Below, one piece after another: positions 1-9,236 of a stretch of 64,000 nucleotides of DNA (position 1 is its first letter; each line of letters opens with the position of its first letter). The notes beneath the pieces are model-generated. The model did no database searches and was not told where the DNA came from. It was given only the letters and a program-made list of their open reading frames with translations. Source of the DNA: Dehalococcoidia bacterium (GTDB lineage Bacteria; Chloroflexota; Dehalococcoidia; UBA2979); assembly GCA_965247895.1 (NCBI GenBank), contig OZ252046.1, positions 3,319,155 to 3,383,154 of the forward strand, given 5' to 3'. Both the position numbers and the translations under genes were made by a program.

Positions 1-231
1 GATGTCCTCGCGCTGGTAGTGGTGGCCGAGGATGACGGCGCGATCGCCGAGGCTGGCGCGCGCCTCGCGCACCCGCGCCACCAGCTCGTCGCTGCCGAGC
101 TTCCAGTACGCCTCGGGAATCTCGCGCTGCCAGGAGCCGAAGGACGCCTCCTGCGAGAGCGGCAGCGTCTCGATGCCGACATCAGACTCACACTGCAACT
201 GCGGGACGGGGCGGGCGATCGAGGAAACCAT
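1..231 (-). CDS. nadA: quinolinate synthase NadA, N-terminal portion; gene runs off the window start
   Basis: Minus-strand translation from ATG ~231 gives MVSSIARP...ARVREARASLGDRAVILGHHYQREDI, matching the conserved N-terminal NadA region. Not in ORF track because it has no stop in window. Confidence 0.5.
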   Translation of the reverse strand, partial: MVSSIARPVPQLQCESDVGIETLPLSQEASFGSWQREIPEAYWKLGSDELVARVREARASLGDRAVILGHHYQREDI

Positions 232-366
232 GGGGGAGGACCTCTCTGCGGCGCTGCGGACGCGAGAGCGCCGCGGCAGCGCGCTACACTTCGTGTACGA
301 AGTACGCGAAGTGACGGTGTACATAGTACGCGAACTCTCCGCGGGGCGTCAAACCTGCGGTATGAA

Positions 367-1230
367 CTACTCGGGCGAGTCGTCAAGCATGAGAGCGCCT
401 GCCGTCGGCGAAGATCGCCGCAGAGGCGCTAGAGGTGCCGTGTCGCGGACCCACTCTGTCGTCAATATGCGCTCGAACTCGTCTGGTCGCGACCAGATTG
501 CGATTCGAGAGACACCCTCGACGAGCGCAAAGTCCTCTTCCCGCCACACGTTAGTGGTGTCGTCGAACAGCGACACAAAGGACGTGGTTGGATGGCTGAC
601 CGTCAAGTGACTGAGGTCGGTGCACTCTGCGACAACGCGCTCGCTCAGGCGCCTCGCCCAGGATTGCGTGCCAGTGCTCAGGAGGAACACCAGCGATGTC
701 TTGGAATCGGCGACGATCTGGTAGTCGACCGTCCAGACGCGCCCCGACCTTCCGTTACGCCTAATGCTCCTCTCAAAGTCGAAGCTTCGCCCACGAAGCC
801 ACTCGTCTACATCGTCAGCGATCGTCCCGACCGTGCGCGTTTGCAGCGTGAACCAGATGTCCGAGACGCGGACACCAGCCTGGCCGAGACGTTGGACGGC
901 TTCACCAAGAGCGGAGGCCTCCGCGCAGCGGAGCGTCAACTGCCCACGGTCCACTTCTATGCCGAGCGTCAGACACACGTCCTCAACGAGACGGCGCTGA
1001 CTTGGTGTCAACTCGTCGCTGAAGGACTGCATCTGCAGCCAGCCCAACGCCTCCCCGTAATCAGTTAGGAGGTATTCAGTGCCGCGCTCCTCCACGAAGA
1101 CATCAACGATGTCGCCATCGGGGTACATGAACGGAGTCCGCACCTGCACCGCTCCCCCTGGCGCGATAGAGCATCGGAAGAGAGTCGGGAGACTGCCACG
1201 GAGCGACTCGCACAACTCGGAGGGGTTCAT
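367..1230 (-). CDS. hypothetical protein (~288 aa) in a low-GC islet; family not recognised with confidence
   Basis: ORF 367..1365; preferred start is the internal ATG at ~1230, preceded by AGGAGGAG SD. It overlaps the upstream gene stop as ATGA (translational coupling). GC visibly lower than surroundings. Confidence 0.5.
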   Translation of the reverse strand: MNPSELCESLRGSLPTLFRCSIAPGGAVQVRTPFMYPDGDIVDVFVEERGTEYLLTDYGEALGWLQMQSFSDELTPSQRRLVEDVCLTLGIEVDRGQLTLRCAEASALGEAVQRLGQAGVRVSDIWFTLQTRTVGTIADDVDEWLRGRSFDFERSIRRNGRSGRVWTVDYQIVADSKTSLVFLLSTGTQSWARRLSERVVAECTDLSHLTVSHPTTSFVSLFDDTTNVWREEDFALVEGVSRIAIWSRPDEFERILTTEWVRDTAPLAPLRRSSPTAGALMLDDSPE

Positions 1231-1679
1231 AGCGACAACTCCTCCTGCCAGTTCGGCAGTTGCAACTCGCCATCGTGCCGAATCGTGACCTCGTTCAAGA
1301 ATTCTTGCCACACCTCTACAGGCCGATCCCAGGGGGCAGTGATGTCCGAGGGGGCGTAAGCCCACTTGTCCATGAGCGCATCGGTCCAGCGGTGCTTGTG
1401 GACCGAACCAACGGACTCCCCACTCGGGTTCGTGTGCAACCTCCCAAGATCGAGCGCGTAGATGCGTCCCGTTCCTCGACGCAGAAGGACATAAGAGAGC
1501 TTACCAGCCTTCGGATTCCAGCGACCGGCGATCTCGAGAGAGTGCTCTGTAGATGAAAGTACGGCCACTCGGAACGTGCAGGCGGGCCAGCGATTCGCGT
1601 CCTCGCGCCAAGCGATATTGCCGTCGATCCGCTTCGTCGCGTCATTGAGGATAGTTTCAAACTCCTGCTGCGTGATCAC
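1227..1679 (-). CDS. hypothetical protein (150 aa), first gene of a 2-gene coupled module
   Basis: ORF 1227..1679 with non-biased composition (MITQQEFETILNDATKRIDG...). Its stop overlaps the start of the downstream ORF. Confidence 0.5.
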   Translation of the reverse strand: MITQQEFETILNDATKRIDGNIAWREDANRWPACTFRVAVLSSTEHSLEIAGRWNPKAGKLSYVLLRRGTGRIYALDLGRLHTNPSGESVGSVHKHRWTDALMDKWAYAPSDITAPWDRPVEVWQEFLNEVTIRHDGELQLPNWQEELSL

Positions 1680-1861
1680 GCGCCAGCCGTCTCCCTATCC
1701 GCCACCGGCAGGTTCCTCCACAACAACCTGGGCACCAGCACTTCGTCCAAGCGACCAAGTGCGGGACTGACGCCCCGTGATGCTACGAGATGGTCGGGTG
1801 TGGCAACAAGTTGGAGCCCCCGCCTTGCCGCCCGCAGGCCCGCCCCCCTACGATCGATCGT

Positions 1862-1950
1862 GGAGGGGTCGCATAGTGGCCTAGTGCGGGCGCCTGCTAA
1901 GCGCTTATCCCTTTTCGGGATCGCGGGTTCGAATCCCGCCCCCTCCGCCA
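1862..1950 (+). tRNA. tRNA-Ser (anticodon GCU), class II with long variable arm, CCA encoded
   Basis: GGAGGGG acceptor stem pairs with CCCCTCC. Anticodon loop CUGCUAA gives GCU. T-loop GGTTCGAATCC. Long variable arm UAUCCCUUUUCGGGAUC. 89 nt. Confidence 0.85.
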
Positions 1951-2030
1951 TACGCACCGCACCCGCCCCCGGGCCCCGCCCCGAGGCGAGATGCGCGCGC
2001 GGCGGCCCGCACGCCGGACGGAGTAGCCAC

Positions 2031-3365
2031 GTGCCCACCTTCCACATCTGGACGCTCGGCTGCCAGATGAACCAGGCCGACTCCCTGCGCCTCGCCGCCG
2101 GCCTCGAGCGCACCGGCTACACGCCGGCCGAGGACCCCGCGCGCGCCGACCTTGCCGTCGTCAACACCTGCGCCGTCCGACAGCACGCCGAGGACCGCGC
2201 CGCCGGACGCCTCCACGCGCTCAACCAGCGCCGCAAGCGCGGCGAGAGCTTCCAGATCGCGGTCATGGGCTGCATGGTCGGGCCCGAGGGCGACAGGGAG
2301 CGCGTCGCCCTCGCGCGCCGCTTCCCCTGGGTCGACGTCTGGGCGCGACCGCAGGAGTTCGACCCGATCCTCGAGGTGGCCGGGCAGGCCCGGGACGTCT
2401 CCGAGGGCGAGTTCTGGACCGAGACCTTCGGCGAACCGACCGGCCCGACGGCCTACGTGCCCGTCGTGCACGGCTGCGACAAGTTCTGCACCTACTGCAT
2501 CGTGCCGCTGCGCCGCGGCCGTGAGCGCTCGCGGCCCGTCGCCGAGGTGCTCGGCGAGGTGCGCCACCTCGCCGCCCGCGGGGTGCGCGAGGTCACGCTG
2601 CTCGGCCAGACCGTCGAGGCCTACGGCCACGACCTCGACGAGCGCGCCGACCTCGCCACGCTGTTCGAGGGCATTGAGGCGATCGAGGGCATCGCGCGCA
2701 CGCGCTTCCTCACCTCGTACCCGAAGGACATGACGGACCGCATCATCGACGCGGTCGCGGAGCTGCCGAAGGTCTGCGAGCACTTCAACATCCCCGTGCA
2801 GTCCGGCGACGACCGCATGCTGGAGCGGATGCGGCGCGGCTACACCGTCGCCGAGTACGAGGAGCGCGTCGAGCGCATCCGCCTGCGCATGCCGGACGCG
2901 GCGATCGCGACCGATGTGATCGTCGGCTGCCCGGGCGAGACGGACGAGGAGTTCGCGAGCACCGTCGCGCTGCTCGAGCGGATCGGCTTCGACGTGATTC
3001 ACGTCGCCGCCTACTCGCCGCGGCCCGGCACCTTCGCCTACCGCAAGCTCGAAGACGACGTGCCGCGCGAGGTCAAGAAGGCGCGCCTCAAGGTGATCGA
3101 GGCGATCCACGCGGAGAGCGCGGGCGCCCGCAACCGCGTGCTGCTCGGCCAGACCGTCGAGGTCCTCGTCGAGCGCGAGGAGGACGGCCACGCGAGCGGC
3201 CGCACGCGCGGCGGGCGGATCGCGCACTTCGACTCCGCAGGGCCCGTCGGCGGACTCGTCGGTGAACTCGTCGACGTGCAGATCGCGGAGGCGACCTCCT
3301 GGTCGCTGCGCGGGCAGCGCGCGGGGGCGCGTCGCGACGGCGATCTCCTGCTCACGGTCGTCTAG
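2031..3365 (+). CDS. miaB: tRNA-2-methylthio-N6-dimethylallyladenosine synthase MiaB (radical SAM methylthiotransferase)
   Basis: ORF 1800..3365. Conserved region begins at in-frame GTG 2031 (VPTFHIWTLGCQMNQADS...), preceded by GGAG. CxxxCxxC motif CTYCIVP and TRAM-like C-terminus present. Confidence 0.85.
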   Translation: MPTFHIWTLGCQMNQADSLRLAAGLERTGYTPAEDPARADLAVVNTCAVRQHAEDRAAGRLHALNQRRKRGESFQIAVMGCMVGPEGDRERVALARRFPWVDVWARPQEFDPILEVAGQARDVSEGEFWTETFGEPTGPTAYVPVVHGCDKFCTYCIVPLRRGRERSRPVAEVLGEVRHLAARGVREVTLLGQTVEAYGHDLDERADLATLFEGIEAIEGIARTRFLTSYPKDMTDRIIDAVAELPKVCEHFNIPVQSGDDRMLERMRRGYTVAEYEERVERIRLRMPDAAIATDVIVGCPGETDEEFASTVALLERIGFDVIHVAAYSPRPGTFAYRKLEDDVPREVKKARLKVIEAIHAESAGARNRVLLGQTVEVLVEREEDGHASGRTRGGRIAHFDSAGPVGGLVGELVDVQIAEATSWSLRGQRAGARRDGDLLLTVV

Positions 3366-3408
3366 GCGCCACGATGATCGCGGCCGTGGCCGGGACGCGA
3401 GCGGGGCG

Positions 3409-4053
3409 GTGACGAACGCGCCGGCCGTCGCCACGATCCTCGTGATCTTCGCCATCATCGAGGAGCGGCTGCAGGTGCTGCTCGTCTACCGCGACGAGCC
3501 GCCCGAGGCCGAGCTCTGGGCGCTCCCCGGCGGGCTCTGGGACGGCGGCCGCACGCTGGAGCAGGCGGCGCAGGCCAAGCTCTTCGAGGAGACCGGCGCG
3601 CGCGACGTCTACCTCGAGCAACTGTTCACCGAGTCCGGCCTCGACCCGACGCAGCAGGGCGTCGCGATCGCCTACTTCGCGCTGGTTGAGGCGGAGGCGG
3701 TGCGGCTGCGCGAGAGCGCGGACGACGCCTGGCGCCCGGCCTGGCTGCCGGTGGACGCGCTGCCGCCGCTGGCGTTCTCCAACGGCCGCGTGATCGCGCA
3801 GGCGGTGGAGCGGGTGCGCGCGAAGCTGGACTACACGAACATCGCCTACGGCCTGCTGCCGGAGCGCTTCACGCTGCGCGAACTCCAGGCCGCCTACGAG
3901 GCAATCCTCGCGGCGCGCCTCGACCGCCGCAACTTCCGCAAGCGCATGCTCTCGACCGCCGTGATCGAGGCCACCGAGGACGTGCGCCGCGAGGGCGCCC
4001 ACCGCCCCGCGCGCCTCTACCGCTTCACCAGCCGCGAGCCCGTCTTCCTCTAG
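3409..4053 (+). CDS. nrtR: NrtR-type regulator: Nudix hydrolase domain fused to C-terminal winged-helix DNA-binding domain
   Basis: Nudix box GGLWDGGRTLEQAAQAKLFEETG. C-terminal LPERFTLRELQAAYEAILAARLDRRNFRKRML...RPARLYRF is typical of NrtR. Start taken at in-frame GTG 3409. Confidence 0.7.
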   Translation: MTNAPAVATILVIFAIIEERLQVLLVYRDEPPEAELWALPGGLWDGGRTLEQAAQAKLFEETGARDVYLEQLFTESGLDPTQQGVAIAYFALVEAEAVRLRESADDAWRPAWLPVDALPPLAFSNGRVIAQAVERVRAKLDYTNIAYGLLPERFTLRELQAAYEAILAARLDRRNFRKRMLSTAVIEATEDVRREGAHRPARLYRFTSREPVFL

Positions 4054-4058
4054 CTGCT

Positions 4059-4099
4059 ACCCCCTCGCCCCTCGCGGGAGAGGGTTGGGGTGAGGGGGT
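4059..4099. terminator. GC-rich imperfect hairpin between convergent nrtR and lipoprotein genes; no U-tract
   Basis: ACCCCCTC...GAGGGGGT 8-bp stem plus inner CCCC/GGGG stem. Located between stops at 4053 (+) and 4125 (-). Confidence 0.3.
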
Positions 4100-4124
4100 C
4101 CGTTGCCCCATCGCGCGAGGCAGC

Positions 4125-6626
4125 CTAGTCGAGCTCGATGAAGCCGATGATCCGCAGCCAGCGCCCCTCCCCGACGACCTCGCCGTCGAGCAGGATCTTG
4201 CAGGGTTGCCCGGGGTTCTCGGGGCAGTCGGTGGTGGCGCGGGGAGGCGGGTGGAAGCGCGCGAGGTAGTCGGCGCTGTCCATCATCTCGGTCTCGCCCG
4301 TGTTCACGTCGAGGACGGAGACATCGGCGCGCTCCGCTTCGTGATCGAGGCGCTGGACATCGAAGCGAAACAGGTCGGGCCAGGCTCCACTCGACCAGGC
4401 GAACTGGTCAGCGGAAGCCCACTCCCAGTGGTAATCCTGCAAGGATGCAGCAGTCTCTACCGACCGGAGGACACGATCGGTCTCGAAGTCGCGGATGTCG
4501 AAACTCCGCCAGCTCCGGTCCGTGTATTCGTCGGAGCCCTCAGCTTGCCCGAGGACGATGTAGCGGGCGTCTGGCGAGAGGCAAGAGAGCGCAGCACCTT
4601 TGCTCGTGTACAGGTCCGTGACGCAGGGAACCAGGCGAAGCCTGCCGTCGAGCGTGCCGATCACGCCGTTGGCATACCCGTCTTCCCCAGCCGCCTTGAT
4701 GAGCCACAGCAGCACCGCTTCGGAGTCCGAGGTCCACGCGTTCTCACCCCAGTCACCCAACTGCACGTCCCAGTAGAAGCTGTCGCTGCGAAGTTTCAGA
4801 CCCAACGCGGAGGGGAGGTCGTCGTCCTCATGACGCAGAGTCTCGTCGCCGGAAGGAAGGCGGAGAACGGTGGTGTGGGCAGGATGATCCGTCGTGCCGT
4901 CATGGAGCCCGTGGAAGGTCACCACTACCTTGCGACCGTCGGGCGATACCCGGAACGCGTTCGGCCACGGTCGCCCTTCGTGCAGCGTTTCAATTTGGCC
5001 GTCCGGGGCAATCCAAACCAGCTCCTGGTCGATTGCCGCGACGAGGCCACCGTACGCGGCCTGTACGGAAGTGCCGCCTCGATAGTTCACGACGAGCCAG
5101 TCCCTGCCCGTGCCCTCGTCATAGGCGATCGCCAGCCTCGGCGTGGTTGGATGGGGCCTGTATACCTCATAGAGCAGGAGCGGGCCCACCATCTCTTCGC
5201 GAGGTGGCGGAGGCGGCGGGTCGGGCTCCACTGCGACGCTAATCGGTGAGATGCCTCGGACCTCGAGGTCACCCGCAGGCTCGATGAAGCCAAGATACCC
5301 GAACCACCCAGCTGCTCCTTCCCAGATGACCCGGCCGTCGTAACAAATCCGGCGCACGGAGGACCACGGGCCACAGTCGCTCCCGATAGGCCCCCGCAGC
5401 AGTGCTTCGACTTCGGAGGTGAGGGGCTGGACTTCCCCGGTGGCGACATCGAGAACCTTGGGAACGCCAAGGCCGGACTGAAAACCCACGCTCCAATCAG
5501 GTTCGGGAGGCAGTTCGTTGAAGAAGACGTGGCGCCGGTCCTCCCAGACCGGCTCCTTCGGGAGGCCCGGGCCCCACCAGCTGTCGCCTGCGTAGTCCCC
5601 GTGCTGATACAGGCCGCCGCCGTCCTGGGCCTGGACCGTCCAGAGCACATCCCCCGTCTCGAGATCGAACACGTCCAGGCTGGCCCACACGCTCCGGTCG
5701 TGGTGGGGGTTGAGCGAGATGGCGCCAACCGCTTCTCCAACGCGCAGGGCGTAGCGCAAGTCAACGGACACATGCCAGTCCTCCGGCAGCACATCGAACG
5801 TGCCGTCCAGCCGGAGGAGCCCGGGCCGCCTCCGTTCTTCTACCAGGAGTGCGGTACCGTCCCCATGCCAACGCTGCCGGAGGTCTTCTGATGAACCGAC
5901 GGAGATCGGGTCAAAACGCCTCCCGGTGTCCAGGAGTTCCTCGCCAGTGGCGATGTCGACGACGAGCACAGCAGCGTGGCGGGTGCCCCCGGAAGGGTTG
6001 ACGCCGTACACGATGGCTACTTTCGTTCCATCGGGTGAGACTTCGAGCCAGGAGATCTGGTCGTATTCGAAGAGGACGCTCTCCGTCTCGCCTTCGAGGC
6101 TGACGCGGCGGACTTCGTCTTCAGCCCAGACGACGAGACTCTCGCCCGCCACCTGCGCAGCGGACCGTTCCAGACCGCTCCCCAGGACGGTGTGCGGGTA
6201 GTCGAAGGCGACCCAATACCGGTCGGCGCTCAGATCGTAGACGTAGACAAGTCTCGTCTCCGTCCGCCCCCACGGTGGTCGGCTCCTGTCTACCTCCGAT
6301 ACTTCGTAGAAGACGAGCAGCGGGCCACTCACGGTCACGGGTGTGGGCGCCGGTTCGGGGGTCGGGGTCGGCGTGACTGTCGCCGCGGGTGTCGGGGTGG
6401 CCGTGGGCGTGGGGGTCGGCGGCGCGGTGGCGGACGGCGTCGGGGTCGGTGTGGGCGTCGTGACGAGGGTGGGCGTCTCCCTCTGAGTGGGACTTGGAGT
6501 GGCGGTCGTCGTTTGGGTGACTTGCGGCGTGGTAACGGGGACGGGCGCGATGCCCTCGTCGCCACTGCACGACAACGCTACTAGCAGCATCGGTATCGCC
6601 AGCGATCCGAGGAGTCCGCGCATCAT
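4125..6626 (-). CDS. secreted lipoprotein with Pro/Thr-rich linker and two tandem copies of a ~380-aa beta-propeller-like module
   Basis: ORF 4125..6689; likely start MMRGLL (6626). Lipobox LVALSC. PT linker TPTPTPTPSATAPPTPTPTATP. Two halves both begin GPLL(V/L)(F/Y)EV and end C..DG.V.GEG.W..I.GFIE(P/L). No HExxH or other catalytic motif recognised. Confidence 0.7.
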   Translation of the reverse strand: MMRGLLGSLAIPMLLVALSCSGDEGIAPVPVTTPQVTQTTTATPSPTQRETPTLVTTPTPTPTPSATAPPTPTPTATPTPAATVTPTPTPEPAPTPVTVSGPLLVFYEVSEVDRSRPPWGRTETRLVYVYDLSADRYWVAFDYPHTVLGSGLERSAAQVAGESLVVWAEDEVRRVSLEGETESVLFEYDQISWLEVSPDGTKVAIVYGVNPSGGTRHAAVLVVDIATGEELLDTGRRFDPISVGSSEDLRQRWHGDGTALLVEERRRPGLLRLDGTFDVLPEDWHVSVDLRYALRVGEAVGAISLNPHHDRSVWASLDVFDLETGDVLWTVQAQDGGGLYQHGDYAGDSWWGPGLPKEPVWEDRRHVFFNELPPEPDWSVGFQSGLGVPKVLDVATGEVQPLTSEVEALLRGPIGSDCGPWSSVRRICYDGRVIWEGAAGWFGYLGFIEPAGDLEVRGISPISVAVEPDPPPPPPREEMVGPLLLYEVYRPHPTTPRLAIAYDEGTGRDWLVVNYRGGTSVQAAYGGLVAAIDQELVWIAPDGQIETLHEGRPWPNAFRVSPDGRKVVVTFHGLHDGTTDHPAHTTVLRLPSGDETLRHEDDDLPSALGLKLRSDSFYWDVQLGDWGENAWTSDSEAVLLWLIKAAGEDGYANGVIGTLDGRLRLVPCVTDLYTSKGAALSCLSPDARYIVLGQAEGSDEYTDRSWRSFDIRDFETDRVLRSVETAASLQDYHWEWASADQFAWSSGAWPDLFRFDVQRLDHEAERADVSVLDVNTGETEMMDSADYLARFHPPPRATTDCPENPGQPCKILLDGEVVGEGRWLRIIGFIELD

Positions 6627-6692
6627 GAAGCGAGCACAGCGACGGGAGTCGCGAAAACCGCCGTTCGCCTGTGGGGGCAAGTTCGGCATCGT

Positions 6693-8246
6693 CTAGTTGC
6701 TCCGACCATCCTCGCAGGCAGGGAGGTCGAGAGCCGCGACACTGCGGTACCAGGTGAGCCCCTTCGGGATACAGCCGGTGAACTGGTTGTCCTGGAGATA
6801 CAGGAACGCCAGGTTGGTGAGGTCGCCCAGCTCCGGGGGGATCGGCCCGCTCAACTCGTTCTCACGGAGGTCCAACTGCCGCAGGTTAGCGAGGCGACCC
6901 AACTCCGGGGGGATCGGTCCGCTCAACTCGTTCTCAGCCAGCGACAGGTTCTCCAGACTTGTGAGGCGGCCCAGTTCCGCCGGAATTGGTCCGCTCAACT
7001 CATTCTCACTCAGCCACAGGCTTTCCAGATTGGCAAGGCCGCCCAGTTCCGCCGGGATCGGTCCGCTCAACTCGTTCCGACCGAGGCTCAACGTCCTCAG
7101 GTTAGCGAGTCGCCCCAGCTCCGGAGGGATGGGCCCGCTCAGCGCATTGCCACCGAGCCACAGGTACTCCAGATTGGAAAGTCCGCCCAACTCCGCCGGG
7201 ATCGGCCCGGCCAACGTGTTGCCAGCGAGGTTCAACCGCGTCAGGTTGGCAAGGCGGCCCAGCTCCACCGGGATCGGCCCGCTCAACGAGTTGGCACCAA
7301 GGGACAGGTGCTCCAGATTGGCGAGTCGGCCCAGCTCCGCCGGGATCGGCCCGCTCAACTCGTTCCCACCGAGGCTCAGGCGCTCCAGATTGGCAAGGCG
7401 CCCCACCTCTGCCGGGAGTGGTCCACTGAGCCTGTTGGTCCCGAGCTGCAGGTCGCGGAGGTTGACGAGGCGCCCCAATTCCGGCAGCGGGCCGCTCAAT
7501 TCGTTGTGGTTGAGATACAGGTACTCGAGCCTGGAGAAGTCTCGCAGCTTCGCCGGGATCGGCCCGCTGAGCTTGTTGCCCTGTAGCCACAGGGCGCGGA
7601 GGTTGACGAGGAGGCCCAGTTCCACCGGGATCGCGCCGCTCAGTTCGTTCTCGTTGAGATAGAGGTACGTCAGCGCAGAAAGGCGCCCCAGGTCCGCGGG
7701 GAGCGTGCCGCTCAACCCGTTCTCATCAAGGCCAAGTTCCGTGACGCGGCCCGTCCTCGATGTCCCCACGCCATACCACTCACTGAGCGGTCCGCTGGTG
7801 AGCCAGTTCGTGCTGTTGCGCCAGTTCGCACCGTCCGTGGCCTCGTAGAGCGCCACAAGAGCCGCCCGGTCGGAGGCTACGGCACTCTCCGGTGCGGTCA
7901 CCGTCGGGGTGGTGGGTGTGGTCGCAGCGGCGGTGGTCGCGACCTCAGTTGGGGCGGCGGTCGGCGTCGGCGCGGCGTCGGGGGCCGGCGTCGGCGTTGG
8001 CGTGGGCTGCGGCGTGGCCGTCGCACGAGGCGTCGCGGTAGCGGCAGGCGTGGCTGTTGTGGACGGCGTAGCGGTAGCGGCGGGTGTTGGCGTGGCCGTC
8101 TCGCGAGGCACAACGGTTGGCGTCGCGGCGGGCGTGGTGGTCGCAGCCACGGTGGGCGAGGGAGCCACGCGGTCCTCGCCGCCCTCGCAGGCGAGCGTCA
8201 GCAGGGCGAGCAGGACGAGCAGCACTCCCGCGAGTCCGCGTGCCAT
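6693..8246 (-). CDS. leucine-rich-repeat lipoprotein with ~14 tandem 24-residue plant-specific-type LRRs
   Basis: Signal/lipobox LLALLTLAC, PT-rich linker, then repeated NELSGPIPAELGRLANLExLxL units. C-terminal Cys-containing cap (CIPKGLTWY...PAC). Its stop lies 4 nt from the downstream lipoprotein start, so probably an operon. Confidence 0.8.
   Translation of the reverse strand: MARGLAGVLLVLLALLTLACEGGEDRVAPSPTVAATTTPAATPTVVPRETATPTPAATATPSTTATPAATATPRATATPQPTPTPTPAPDAAPTPTAAPTEVATTAAATTPTTPTVTAPESAVASDRAALVALYEATDGANWRNSTNWLTSGPLSEWYGVGTSRTGRVTELGLDENGLSGTLPADLGRLSALTYLYLNENELSGAIPVELGLLVNLRALWLQGNKLSGPIPAKLRDFSRLEYLYLNHNELSGPLPELGRLVNLRDLQLGTNRLSGPLPAEVGRLANLERLSLGGNELSGPIPAELGRLANLEHLSLGANSLSGPIPVELGRLANLTRLNLAGNTLAGPIPAELGGLSNLEYLWLGGNALSGPIPPELGRLANLRTLSLGRNELSGPIPAELGGLANLESLWLSENELSGPIPAELGRLTSLENLSLAENELSGPIPPELGRLANLRQLDLRENELSGPIPPELGDLTNLAFLYLQDNQFTGCIPKGLTWYRSVAALDLPACEDGRSN
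6761..7751. repeat. ~72-bp tandem nucleotide repeats encoding the LRR units
   Basis: Near-identical 72-nt periodicity visible in the sequence. It generates the spurious + strand ORFs 6697..7662 and 7308..7586. Confidence 0.8.
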
Positions 8247-8393
8247 CCGCGGGGCGATGCGTTCGATGAGGAGGCGTGCGTCGTCCAGGGCAGCCCCTCC
8301 GATCCGCCGGGCACCGTGTACGACTGTAGGACGTTTCGCGGGTTCGGAGAGTTCCGCCGGGCCGGGATCAGCCCGCCGGTTGGGCCTGCGCCG

Positions 8394-9155
8394 CTACAGG
8401 TCGATCAGGCCGCCGTCGACGCCGAGCTCGACGCCCAGCACGTAGGAGGAGTCGTCCGAGGCGAGGAAGAGCACCGCCTTCGCGATCTCGTCGGGCTGGC
8501 CCTCGCGACGCATCGGGATGAGGTGGCGGCGGATGTACTCGCGCGTCCGCTCGTCCATCGTGGTGTCGAGGATCGGCGTGTCGATCAGGCCGGGGCGGAT
8601 CGCGTTGACGCGGATGCCGCGCCGCAGCAGCCCCGCGCCCAGCGAGCGCGCGAGCGACCGCGCCGCCGCCTTCGAGGCGCCGTAGACCGCGCCCGCGGCG
8701 TAGCCCGTTTCGGACGCGGCCGAGGTCATGATCACGATCGACCCGCCGTCGTTCATCCTCGGAGCGGCCTTCTGGACCGTGAAGAACACGGACTTGAAGT
8801 TGAGCGCCGCGACCGCGTCGAAGTCCTCCTCGGTCACCTCGAGGAAGGGCTGCGGCGGACTGTCCCCGCCCGCGTTCACGACCACGATGTCGATCGGCCC
8901 CAGCTTCGCGGCGGCCTCTGTGAACAGCGAATCGAGGTCGTCGACCGAGGTGACGTCGCAGGGGATGGCGATCGCCCGCTCACCGAGGGCAACCGAGGCC
9001 GCGTCTATCCTCCGGGGATCACGCCCGCAGACGGCGACGCGCGCGCCCTCGGCAAGGAACAGTCGGGCGACGGCGAGGCCGATCCCGCTCGTGCCGCCGG
9101 TAACGACGGCGACCTTGCCCTCGAGCTTGCCGCCTCGTGCGCGTTCGGTCGTCAT
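8394..9155 (-). CDS. SDR-family NAD(P)-dependent oxidoreductase
   Basis: TGGTSGIG glycine-rich motif, NAG motif, and catalytic YxxxK (YGASKAA). Confidence 0.85.
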   Translation of the reverse strand: MTTERARGGKLEGKVAVVTGGTSGIGLAVARLFLAEGARVAVCGRDPRRIDAASVALGERAIAIPCDVTSVDDLDSLFTEAAAKLGPIDIVVVNAGGDSPPQPFLEVTEEDFDAVAALNFKSVFFTVQKAAPRMNDGGSIVIMTSAASETGYAAGAVYGASKAAARSLARSLGAGLLRRGIRVNAIRPGLIDTPILDTTMDERTREYIRRHLIPMRREGQPDEIAKAVLFLASDDSSYVLGVELGVDGGLIDL

Positions 9156-9236
9156 GGTTACTGCGGCCTCCTCTGCGGTCGGAGCGTAGGCAGGGGTGCG
9201 GGGGGCGGCAACCGTGCGCGGGCGGGGTGGCTGCTG

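Noticed and set aside
1905-3458. 517-aa ORF on the minus strand opposite miaB. Similar long antisense ORFs lie opposite proS (13329..15200), infB (17549..19396), nnr (36227..38434, 735 aa), the EF-G paralog (44094..46199), the scpA/DAHP-synthase region (50550..52457) and the IS630 transposase (62362..63477).
   Set aside because: All are Arg/Ala/Pro/Gly-rich with no recognisable motifs and lie exactly antisense to well-supported genes. This is the typical GC3-driven open frame of high-GC genomes.
6697-7662. 321-aa + strand ORF and several smaller ones inside the LRR gene
   Set aside because: They arise from the 72-bp tandem repeat read in the wrong frame and strand (repeating PLNSF/SRL units). 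The minus-strand LRR reading is the real gene.
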